23,185 nucleotides of DNA from Escherichia coli. Lineage in GTDB: Bacteria > Pseudomonadota > Gammaproteobacteria > Enterobacterales > Enterobacteriaceae. Below the pieces are notes generated by a model. It was not told the DNA's origin. It saw nothing but the letters and a program-made list of their open reading frames with translations, and did not search any database. Of the stretch, positions 15,486-22,562 are shown piece after piece. Location of the stretch: assembly GCA_022664555.1 (NCBI GenBank), contig GCA_022664555.1_4839.1; one strand, 5' to 3'. Position numbers and translations under genes: made by a program. How positions within the stretch are numbered: the first letter of the stretch is position 1; the number at the start of each line of letters is the position of its first letter.

Positions 15486-16142
15486 TTATTTCTTGAATAA
15501 ACGAAGGAACTTCATCATGTTTTCCATGAAAGTCGGCTTCTTGACCTTTTGTTTTACCGGAGCGCCCTGATCATTCAGAACACGACTGACCGGAGGAGTA
15601 GGTGGTGTCGGCGCTTTCGTTTCACAGGCCGGAACGATGTTCACGTCATGATGAGAAGACTCAGATGTAGTGTTAACAACATTGTTCTCCTGGACGACAG
15701 GCTTGACGAGATTCTTTTCGTACTCACGCGCCATGGCCTGATACATCAGATTCAAATCCACCAGATCAACAGACTTGACCTTGCGACGACGCCAATTGGC
15801 GCTTTCTTCGCCATAGAAATCATATCCGTTTCTGATCAGCCAGTGTACGGCTTGTTCAAAAGAACCGAAGACCATAAGCGGAGCGCCCTGGCCTTTCTCA
15901 GATTGTTCCAGGCTACTATAACCCATCAATACAACCTGGCCTTTGATACTCAAATCAAACGTCATACCAAGGTTCGGGATGTTTTTATCGCGGCGGAAGA
16001 ACCCGCCATCACGGTAGACGTAAACAGGCGAAAGGAACTCATTCAGAGTACGCTTGACACCCTTGTATTGGAAGAGTCTGACAATTGGAGGGGTGTCATG
16101 GGAAATCACTTCGTTCAATTCCCAGATAGAAACATTACGCAT
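15486..16142 (-). CDS. hypothetical protein (218 aa)
   Basis: Track ORF; ATG at 16142 with GAGGAT SD 6 nt upstream. Proline-rich linker (KAPTPPTPPV) and basic C-terminus. Confidence 0.6.
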   Translation of the reverse strand: MRNVSIWELNEVISHDTPPIVRLFQYKGVKRTLNEFLSPVYVYRDGGFFRRDKNIPNLGMTFDLSIKGQVVLMGYSSLEQSEKGQGAPLMVFGSFEQAVHWLIRNGYDFYGEESANWRRRKVKSVDLVDLNLMYQAMAREYEKNLVKPVVQENNVVNTTSESSHHDVNIVPACETKAPTPPTPPVSRVLNDQGAPVKQKVKKPTFMENMMKFLRLFKK

Positions 16143-16166
16143 TGGTGTATCCTCAAATCTATGATA

Positions 16167-16195
16167 GGGGGTTAACGGTTAAATTTTAAACCCCC
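16167..16195. other. GC-clamped hairpin in the 5' leader of CDS 15486..16142
   Basis: GGGGGTT...AACCCCC 7-bp stem with a 15-nt AT-rich loop, followed on the plus strand by TTTGTAT. Confidence 0.35.
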
Positions 16196-16261
16196 TTTGT
16201 ATCATTGAACAAACTACGATAAAGGAGGACATGCTTGGGTCGATAAGAAGATAATAAGACA

Positions 16262-16295
16262 GGGATAAAAAGAAAGCCGGATAGGATATCCGGCT
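16262..16295 (-). terminator. intrinsic terminator at the downstream (minus-strand) end of the tRNA region
   Basis: AGCCGGATA-GGA-TATCCGGCT perfect 9-bp stem (16275-16295) followed on the minus strand by TTCTTTTTATCCC (plus 16262-16274). Confidence 0.7.
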
Positions 16296-16352
16296 ATACC
16301 ACATCGATGGGATGGGTTGAAAGACTACACGCTTGCACTGGTACTACCCTAT

Positions 16353-16380
16353 GGGAGAGCGCGTCAGGAGTCGAACCTGA
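16353..16380 (-). pseudogene. tRNA 3'-end fragment (T-arm plus acceptor 3' strand), no anticodon arm found
   Basis: Minus strand reads TCAGG-TTCGACT-CCTGA-CGCGCTC-T-CCC: a perfect 5-bp T-stem with canonical T-loop, then a 7-nt acceptor-like strand. I could not find a matching 5' acceptor, D-arm or anticodon arm within tRNA distance. Confidence 0.35.
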
Positions 16381-16512
16381 AGTCGTCGACGTAGAGAAAG
16401 CTATTTGCATTTCACTATCCTCGCCGCGATTTTCTTAACTTCCTAAACACCCCGATTACGAGAGAGTCGACATGCACATCTTCTAACTCTTCAGGAAGTC
16501 ACGCCCGTAATT

Positions 16513-16601
16513 TGGCGGAAGGTGAAGGATTCGAACCTTCGGGGGCTAAAAGCCCCACTCGATTAGCAATCGAGTCCCTTAAACCTCTCGGGCAACCTTC
16601 C
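16513..16601 (-). tRNA. tRNA-Ser (anticodon GCU), class II with long variable arm, CCA encoded
   Basis: Reverse complement folds by hand into a cloverleaf: acceptor GGAAGGT/ACCTTCC (7 bp perfect), anticodon stem CTCGA/TCGAG with loop TTGCTAA, variable arm GGGGC-TTTTA-GCCCC, T-arm GAAGG-TTCGAAT-CCTTC, discriminator G, CCA. Confidence 0.9.
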
Positions 16602-16821
16602 AATTTGGACGGGCTTCGCACCCGATTGAGCATTTGATCTACCGTAGCCCAACTCCCCGCGCTTCTCAGCGCCGATTGGTTAACTGGCGACCAGTGCCTT
16701 CTGGTTCGATCTCCTAGAAGTTTACATGCTTTGCTGCCGACCATTTCTGGTAGTTAGGGCATCGTTTCCGATGTGGAGTCACCCCATTTTATACACAGCT
16801 GGCTGCAATGCTTACTGTGTT

Positions 16822-16898
16822 TGGTGATCCTGGTTGGATTTGAACCAACGACCAATGAATTATGAGTTCACTGCTCTAACCGACTGAGCTACAGGACC
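16822..16898 (-). tRNA. tRNA with CAU anticodon (elongator Met, or Ile2 if lysidine-modified), CCA encoded
   Basis: Reverse complement: acceptor GGTCCTG/CAGGATC, D-arm GCTC-AGTCGGTTA-GAGC, anticodon stem GTGAA/TTCAT with loop CTCATAA, T-arm GTTGG-TTCAAAT-CCAAC, discriminator A, CCA. G1-C72 pair argues against an initiator. Confidence 0.88.
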
Positions 16899-17802
16899 AA
16901 ATTATTGTGTGACCAACCAAGGACTGTCAACCCTTTATCCCGTTTGTGCATGATCAGTTCATGCAGGCCTCTTTGTGCTGCCTCACGGCATGCGCTTCTG
17001 TTGGTCATTGGCTTACACTGTGGCCTCACAACAGGCGTTTATTTTTCCAGGGCTTTCCACTTGCAAGTCTTGACCATACAGGGATACGGGCTTACAAGAT
17101 CGGGTTGGACACAACTTTGATGGCTCTGGTATTAAAGATCCCGCGTCACCCATAGACATGGTTTATAAATCCAGAGCCATCAAAGTTGCAACCAATGTCG
17201 CAACTCGCAGCTTCCATGCAGAAGAAACTTGTCCTCTAACGCTCGGACCAAACGAGGCTGGCTGGTTGATTCAGAGCCGCTGGTTGCTCCAGCAAGCATG
17301 GGTTGATAGCCCGGCAACATAGAATCACCCAAAGTTGAAGAACACTCAGTGGTACAAGCCAGGGATACCAATTTCAGGTCCTTTGCGAGTTCTTTAAATG
17401 CTCTTCATTTTGTGAACTTGAGAATACTACGCCTGTCTCGGGTTTCCCCTTAGTTCGGCCTCCCAGTCCTCGCCGCGCCGGGTAGCTAACCCTGATGGCT
17501 CGTCTGCTACTGAGTTCTTCTTGGTGCCCACCAGTGTCCGGAATGTGTAGGCATCGCAATCTGCAAGGCATGGTCTATTTCACCCAATGCTCTCTCAAGT
17601 TCACAAATCGAAGTGCCCTGACTCAACAGTATAGCCCAATATGCTGTTATCGTCCACCGGATTGGCCACCCACTTCGTAGATCAACCTTTGGGTTTAAGA
17701 TAAATTGTCAAGGCACTTCGATTTGTGTGCCCTTCACCTGCCAGGGATCAGGGCTGATGGCAAGACTTCGCTCACATCTTTCAAGATACTCGTGAGAATA
17801 TC

Positions 17803-17830
17803 CTCAAAGATGTGGGGCCGTTTTTAGGAG
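17803..17830 (-). pseudogene. tRNA 3'-end fragment (T-arm + acceptor 3' strand + CCA), no anticodon arm found
   Basis: Minus strand reads TTGGG-TTCGACT-CCTAA-AAACGGC-C-CCA, the same layout as the two intact tRNAs. No complementary 5' acceptor (GCCGTTT-like) or anticodon stem-loop could be found 60-100 nt upstream. Confidence 0.35.
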
Positions 17831-18803
17831 TCGAACCCAAATGCTTGGCCAGCGCTGACCTTACATCCCATCTGACTTAGGCAACCCACTCCCAGCCCCA
17901 CAACACTCACTACGGTTAAGATTATTGCGTATGTTGTATGGTCTTGCTGGTCACAACTGAAAGGGCACTTAACAGAAGATAGGTCTGATTGCCTCGGATG
18001 ATTTCTCAGTAGCCTAAATGCCCTTACATGTTGTGTGCCCATTATTAATCACAGCGGGCCACTGCGCCGAATTTGGTGATGAGGAATCGGAAGACCTCAC
18101 TGACTTATAGGCTGTTACGCCGCCATCAGAACTTCGGAATCATTAGCAGTTATTTGCTTGGTCAGTTTCTAAAAACCCGCAAAGTCACGCACAACGAAAA
18201 CGAAAACCTGTTTGAGCACAAGACACCATGTCCTGGGTTCACATCGAAGTGTTTGTCTAATGCCCAAACAGCTTTTCGCTTCAGTGGGTTAACTATACTT
18301 TGTAACCCGTTATTGATAAAACCTTTTATTTTTGTTGGCGAGGGTATCACCATCGATTTACCGGAACTTACGCATCCGGCCTCGCCTGTTGGTGATCCTT
18401 CGAATCCGGGAAGATCAGTAGGAACTATGAATCAAGTTAATTCAACCAACAGGAACCTTGTTGCCCTTTGACGCAACATTATGAACCCTCTATGGAAGAC
18501 TCATAATGTTGTGGCGTGATGGAGATTAGCGCCCCCGACCTCCCCTTATACGTTGGTGTCGACTTGCCAACAGGGTGCTCTCTGATTCTGAGCTAATCAC
18601 GCTACAACAGGGAGTTTCGTTCTCCGACGGTCAGTGCGTCCACCGACACCAGCGAGGTTGATATTACGCCTCTATTCGTCACGGTGCCCTGAGACTGGGC
18701 TTTCCTGGTTTCGGGTTCCAGCCCTACTCCCACCGCGCTATTCGCCTCGTGTTTAATACTTTACTACAGCCCAGCTAATTTGAAAAGTCCTCTCCTCTTT
18801 GAG

Positions 18804-18950
18804 CTACACTGCCCACAGCAGTGCGGGCGAACCTTCGCACAAAACCGGATGCGCCGAAGTGGGCGACTGTTTACCGGACTGATCGGGTAGACCCAGGAGA
18901 GTAAAGGTAATCCCGATCAGGAGGATGAGGAGTAACATCATGTAAAACAT
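18804..18950 (-). CDS. small membrane protein (48 aa)
   Basis: Hand-translated ORF below the track cutoff: MFYMMLLLILLIGITFTLLGLPDQSGKQSPTSAHPVLCEGSPALLWAV. ATG at 18950-18948 with a strong GGAAGGGAGGGAA SD 4 nt upstream; TAG at 18806-18804. One N-terminal TM helix. Confidence 0.45.
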   Translation of the reverse strand: MFYMMLLLILLIGITFTLLGLPDQSGKQSPTSAHPVLCEGSPALLWAV

Positions 18951-19007
18951 AGTGTTCCCTCCCTTCCATGCAACTAACTTTACTGCAATTATTTATTGAA
19001 TAAAGCG

Positions 19008-19577
19008 TTATTTTAACACTTCTAACTTCACAATACGACGCAGAAGGTAAACATATTCGCCAGCAGCTTCATGCGTCATATAATGGGTAGAAGGTGTGGA
19101 ATGAGTGTTCTGGGTTTCTTTTAATCCAACACGTTCTGCCCAACCATTAATAGAGTTCCCATAGAAACCGATAATCGCACCAAAATAAATGCGCCCGCTT
19201 TCTGGCTCTAAAACATAGTTGACAGTGAAGCAAATGTCAGAACGAATAGACTCCAGTTTCATACCAACACGACCTTCAGAGAATTCGTTACGAACATATA
19301 AATGACGGAAGCGATCGCGCCGTGCTTGTGATGATTCTTCCAATTCTTGTCGAAGTGAAGAAGTTATGTCAATATTAAATGAAAATGTTGGATTTCGTAA
19401 ATCAGAACGAGCCAACTCTAAGGCAGATTCAATAACGCGGCGGAAATTGATACTTTTACCTGTCAGGCGTTTCACTTCATCGGTGATTGTTTCAAAAGGG
19501 ATTTTCGTGGCGCGTTCCCCTTCGTATTTTGCTAACAAAGGAATAATGTGTTTCATGATTGCTGTGTTAATGTGCAT
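19008..19577 (-). CDS. hypothetical protein in an AT-rich islet (189 aa)
   Basis: Track ORF; ATG at 19577 with GAGG SD about 7 nt upstream. Visibly lower GC and different codon choice from the surrounding genes. No motif I can assign (no GIY-YIG, HNH, Walker or HAD signature). Confidence 0.6.
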   Translation of the reverse strand: MHINTAIMKHIIPLLAKYEGERATKIPFETITDEVKRLTGKSINFRRVIESALELARSDLRNPTFSFNIDITSSLRQELEESSQARRDRFRHLYVRNEFSEGRVGMKLESIRSDICFTVNYVLEPESGRIYFGAIIGFYGNSINGWAERVGLKETQNTHSTPSTHYMTHEAAGEYVYLLRRIVKLEVLK

Positions 19578-19774
19578 TCCGGAGCCTCACTGGATTGATT
19601 AAATGTCTCCGTTATTATATTGGGAGTATGTTTATTGAATATAAACACAGGAATGGCCAATAAAACAATGACAGTGATTATTAATAGGTAAAAACTACTT
19701 TTCTACAACATCAAGAAACTGTATCCTAACGCAGTGCCCTTCGAGTTGTGAGTGTCAACGAACAACGAGAAGCA

Positions 19775-19852
19775 GCCTCCATGGCTGTGGAATGGTGCTG
19801 CCCGCACAGGGCGGTGTTACGAGCGAGGGCGTCAGCCCCCTCGCGAGTTATA
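19775..19852 (+). other. cluster of three GC-rich hairpins upstream of the baseplate operon
   Basis: CAGCC-TCCAT-GGCTG; CTGCCC-GCACA-GGGCGG (one G-T pair); GCGAGGG-CGTCAGCC-CCCTCGC. All lie within about 80 nt in a non-coding stretch; none has a U-tract. Confidence 0.35.
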
Positions 19853-19895
19853 TTCGAATAAATTAAACGCGCGCGAGCCGTTTTGATTCCCGTTG

Positions 19896-19903
19896 GCTAA
19901 ATA
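19896..19903 (+). promoter_or_regulatory. late-promoter-like CTAAATAT upstream of the gp6-like gene
   Basis: CTAAATAT lies 41 nt upstream of the ATG at 19944 and resembles the T4 late promoter core TATAAATA. The same CTAAATA core precedes CDS 13618..14076 on the minus strand. Confidence 0.3.
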
Positions 19904-19943
19904 TCTTCAACACCATATTCAAACTCAGGTGATGGAGATTATC

Positions 19944-21722
19944 ATGGCCACGCAAACAGTCCCTTCACTCGATGTCAGGGCTTTCGAGTATCTTATCAAG
20001 AAGCGCATGAAAGCTGATCCAACTTTCAAGGATTATGACTTTGAAGGTTCTGGTCTCAGTGCAATCGTGCGTATCTTGGCCTCGGATGCCAACTCTATCG
20101 GGTTCATGCAGAACATGCTGAATGGCGAAAGCCATCTTCACTCTGCTCAACAGCGTTCTAATGTCGGTCTTGCGGCCGGGTTCTTGTCGTACACCCCTCA
20201 TAACTACCAGGCGGCGTACCTGTACGCAAACGTCACAGTCACTCCATATGACGCCAGCACGGCTCCGGACACGATTATAATGGATCGCCGCGCGATGTTC
20301 ATTGGGGCGAAGGATGGCAAATCCTACAACTTCACGGTTGAACAACCTGTGAGTGCCTCTCTTGTAGACGGCTCTTACAAGTTCGAGAACATCAAACTCA
20401 TACAGGGTAACTGGCTGTACAAGTCCTATGATGTGGAAGGCAGCGCGATCTCTACCTATGTGATCCCATCTTCTTCCGTGGACATCGACCATATGGTGGT
20501 GCAGGTGCAGGAATCTGAGACATCTGACGTGCGGTCTACCTTCTCACGATACGTAAGCCCGTTCGATTTGAGCCAGTATGCGCAACTTTACTTCGTTGAG
20601 CTGGGGTTGGACGGGATGTACACGTTCGAATTCGGTGATGGGTATATCTGTAAGCGAGTAGAAGACGGGAACGTCGTGTACCTCCAGTATCTGGAGACAG
20701 CTGGTGCAGACGGCAATGACATCACTGCCTTGTCCTCCGCGTCTTCCATCGGGGGATTCAACCTTGTAGAAGTTGAGCTGGTCTCAGAACGTTCTTCCTG
20801 TGGTGCGGACCCAGAGAGCATTGAGGACATCAAGCGCCTTGCTCCGCTGGCTTATCAGGCTGAGGGTGCGGCAGTGGCCGAAGTCGATTATGCTGTGTTG
20901 ACCGAGCGTCTGTTCTCCAACGTCTCCCGCGCCAAAGCATATGGCGGCGACACGCTCTCTCCGCCCGACTCCGGATACGTTTACATTGCTGTGATACCTT
21001 CTGTTGGTGAGGCGCTCTCGGACGCTGAGAAGGCAGATATCGTGGCGACGTTGGACAAGTATAATGTGGGCACGATCACACCCAAGATTGTCGACGCTGA
21101 ACTGACTTATGTTGATGTCACCACCCGCGTGTTCTGGGATCCGACTTCCACGACCTACACCGAAGAGCAGTTGAAGACAGTCGTGAAGAACGGTGTTGTC
21201 AACTGGGGCTTGGGGAACCTAGAAGGATTCGACGAACTGTTCGATAAAGAGCAGTTACAGTCGGACATCACAGACATGGACAGATCGATAGTGTCAAACA
21301 TCACTTCTGTGAAGTATAAGCGCCATTTCAAGCCAGACTATGGGGTACTGGACAGCTTCACGTTCGATTATGGGCGCTCGATTGCATCTGGTTCTGTGCG
21401 TATCAGTGGGTTTAAGCCGCTTCCGGCCGAGGTCGAATTCACTTACTACATACGCGACGTCAGTGGTGTCCTGAATATGTACAAGGTGAGTACAACAGAC
21501 ACGACCAAGGAATATCTGGTACAAGCTGTTGGAACGGTTGAATATGTGAATGGCGTTGTTGAACTCCAGCGCATCACAGTATCCAACAACAACACCCAGG
21601 GAGAGAAAATAATCGAGTCTCCAGACGGTCTTGACCAGAACATTCAGGCCACACAGAATCAGGTGCTCCGCATTGGTGCTGTAACTGTGGAGCCGGAGGT
21701 GCGTTATGTCCAAAGATCTTAA
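19944..21722 (+). CDS. 6: baseplate wedge protein, T4 gp6-like / P2 gpJ-like (592 aa)
   Basis: Track ORF 19893..21722 (TTG start) trimmed to the ATG at 19944 with GGAGA SD 5 nt upstream. The N-terminal region DPTFKDYDFEGSGLSAIVRILASDANSIGFMQNM resembles T4 gp6 (EFLDYDFEGSRLNVLCDLLAYNTLYIQQFGN) as recalled. Confidence 0.8.
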   Translation: MATQTVPSLDVRAFEYLIKKRMKADPTFKDYDFEGSGLSAIVRILASDANSIGFMQNMLNGESHLHSAQQRSNVGLAAGFLSYTPHNYQAAYLYANVTVTPYDASTAPDTIIMDRRAMFIGAKDGKSYNFTVEQPVSASLVDGSYKFENIKLIQGNWLYKSYDVEGSAISTYVIPSSSVDIDHMVVQVQESETSDVRSTFSRYVSPFDLSQYAQLYFVELGLDGMYTFEFGDGYICKRVEDGNVVYLQYLETAGADGNDITALSSASSIGGFNLVEVELVSERSSCGADPESIEDIKRLAPLAYQAEGAAVAEVDYAVLTERLFSNVSRAKAYGGDTLSPPDSGYVYIAVIPSVGEALSDAEKADIVATLDKYNVGTITPKIVDAELTYVDVTTRVFWDPTSTTYTEEQLKTVVKNGVVNWGLGNLEGFDELFDKEQLQSDITDMDRSIVSNITSVKYKRHFKPDYGVLDSFTFDYGRSIASGSVRISGFKPLPAEVEFTYYIRDVSGVLNMYKVSTTDTTKEYLVQAVGTVEYVNGVVELQRITVSNNNTQGEKIIESPDGLDQNIQATQNQVLRIGAVTVEPEVRYVQRS

Positions 21723-22560
21723 TAACGGACACAATGGGGTGAAATATGAAACCCCATTGTTTTACCAGAATGAATTCCCAGTATTCATCGAGTTTATGGA
21801 TACGTTCTTCAACTGGTTGTATCGCCAGCAGGGATTCACCGAAGAGGAGATCTTGGCGTATCTGGCAGACACTGGTGGTTGGGTGAACCCAAATACGGAT
21901 CAGTCTCCTATTGAGCAGTTGATTGACATCAAGAAGCGCAAGACGCCAGGTGCTGAGGCCAAAGACTTCTTGGAAGACAAGTTCCTGACGCGCACGTTTG
22001 AGAACATGATGGCGCTAGACTTCGAAGATTTGCTGGACGTGGACGGTCGGCCATTAATCTCAATGGAAGACAAGAACGAACGCATCGACGATTGGTATGC
22101 TGATTTTGGATTCCAGAGAACGGTTGATAAATCCTTCCTGGAGTTCGGGAAGTTTGTGCCAGTTGGTTCGGACAGTTTGGTGACTTCAGATGGAGACACT
22201 CTCTCTGTGTATGTCGAGGGAACTGAACGCCGGACACTGGACCATGTACGCTGGTTGAAGTTACTTAAACACATTTATCGCATTCGCGGGACGAAGAAAG
22301 CGATTGAATTGTTCTTCTGGATTTACTTTGGTTGCCCAGTGAGTGTGTATTATCCCAAGGAAGCAATTGGTGGCCTGGATGACAACTTTGAATGTGACGG
22401 CGCGACAGGAATGCGTGACGATTACTACTATGATGAATTCACGTATGTGATAAGAGTTCCTGGCAACGTATCTGATTTTGAAGGTGTGTTTGATCGCGTC
22501 TTCCGTCAGCATTTCCATCCTGCTGGGTTTACTGTATTCCTAGAAAGTTCAAGGAGTTAA
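21706..22560 (+). CDS. putative baseplate protein (gpI-like position, 284 aa)
   Basis: ATG at 21706 with GGAGGTG SD 4 nt upstream, overlapping the gp6-like gene by 17 nt. Assigned by position between the gp6/J-like gene and the tail fibre gene; no independent motif. Confidence 0.45.
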   Translation: MSKDLNNGHNGVKYETPLFYQNEFPVFIEFMDTFFNWLYRQQGFTEEEILAYLADTGGWVNPNTDQSPIEQLIDIKKRKTPGAEAKDFLEDKFLTRTFENMMALDFEDLLDVDGRPLISMEDKNERIDDWYADFGFQRTVDKSFLEFGKFVPVGSDSLVTSDGDTLSVYVEGTERRTLDHVRWLKLLKHIYRIRGTKKAIELFFWIYFGCPVSVYYPKEAIGGLDDNFECDGATGMRDDYYYDEFTYVIRVPGNVSDFEGVFDRVFRQHFHPAGFTVFLESSRS

Positions 22561-22562
22561 AA

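Noticed and set aside
15549-16175. 208-aa plus-strand ORF
   Set aside because: Antisense to CDS 15486..16142; its translation is Arg/His-rich and it would run through the hairpin at 16167-16195.
16294-16410. 38-aa Ser/Thr-rich minus-strand ORF with a GAGGA SD
   Set aside because: It overlaps the tRNA 3'-end fragment and runs into the terminator hairpin; more likely a chance frame in structured RNA.
16690-16715. GGTTCGATCTCC, a T-loop-like string on the plus strand
   Set aside because: Flanking bases do not form a 5-bp T-stem and no acceptor or anticodon arms are present; it is part of a simple hairpin (CTTCT...AGAAG).
16499-18471. Short ORFs of 61-132 aa in the tRNA island (16499..16744, 16905..17120, 16946..17155, 17180..17371, 17374..17571, 17495..17680, 17824..18042, 18073..18471, 18162..18353)
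   Set aside because: One overlaps the Ser tRNA; the others are on both strands in mixed frames, lack SDs, and translate to non-protein-like sequence. I treat the region as non-coding.
19578-19660. Possible sigma70-type promoter (TATAAT with an upstream TTCAAT / GTTTAT) for CDS 19008..19577
   Set aside because: A TATAAT hexamer is present on the minus strand, but no -35-like hexamer sits at a 16-18-bp spacing, so I did not call it.
19965-20492. 175-aa minus-strand ORF, plus 20588..20833, 21294..21734, 21446..21643, 21900..22274, 21929..22237 and 22261..22518
   Set aside because: Embedded antisense in the gp6-like and following structural genes, which have convincing starts, overlaps and similarity.
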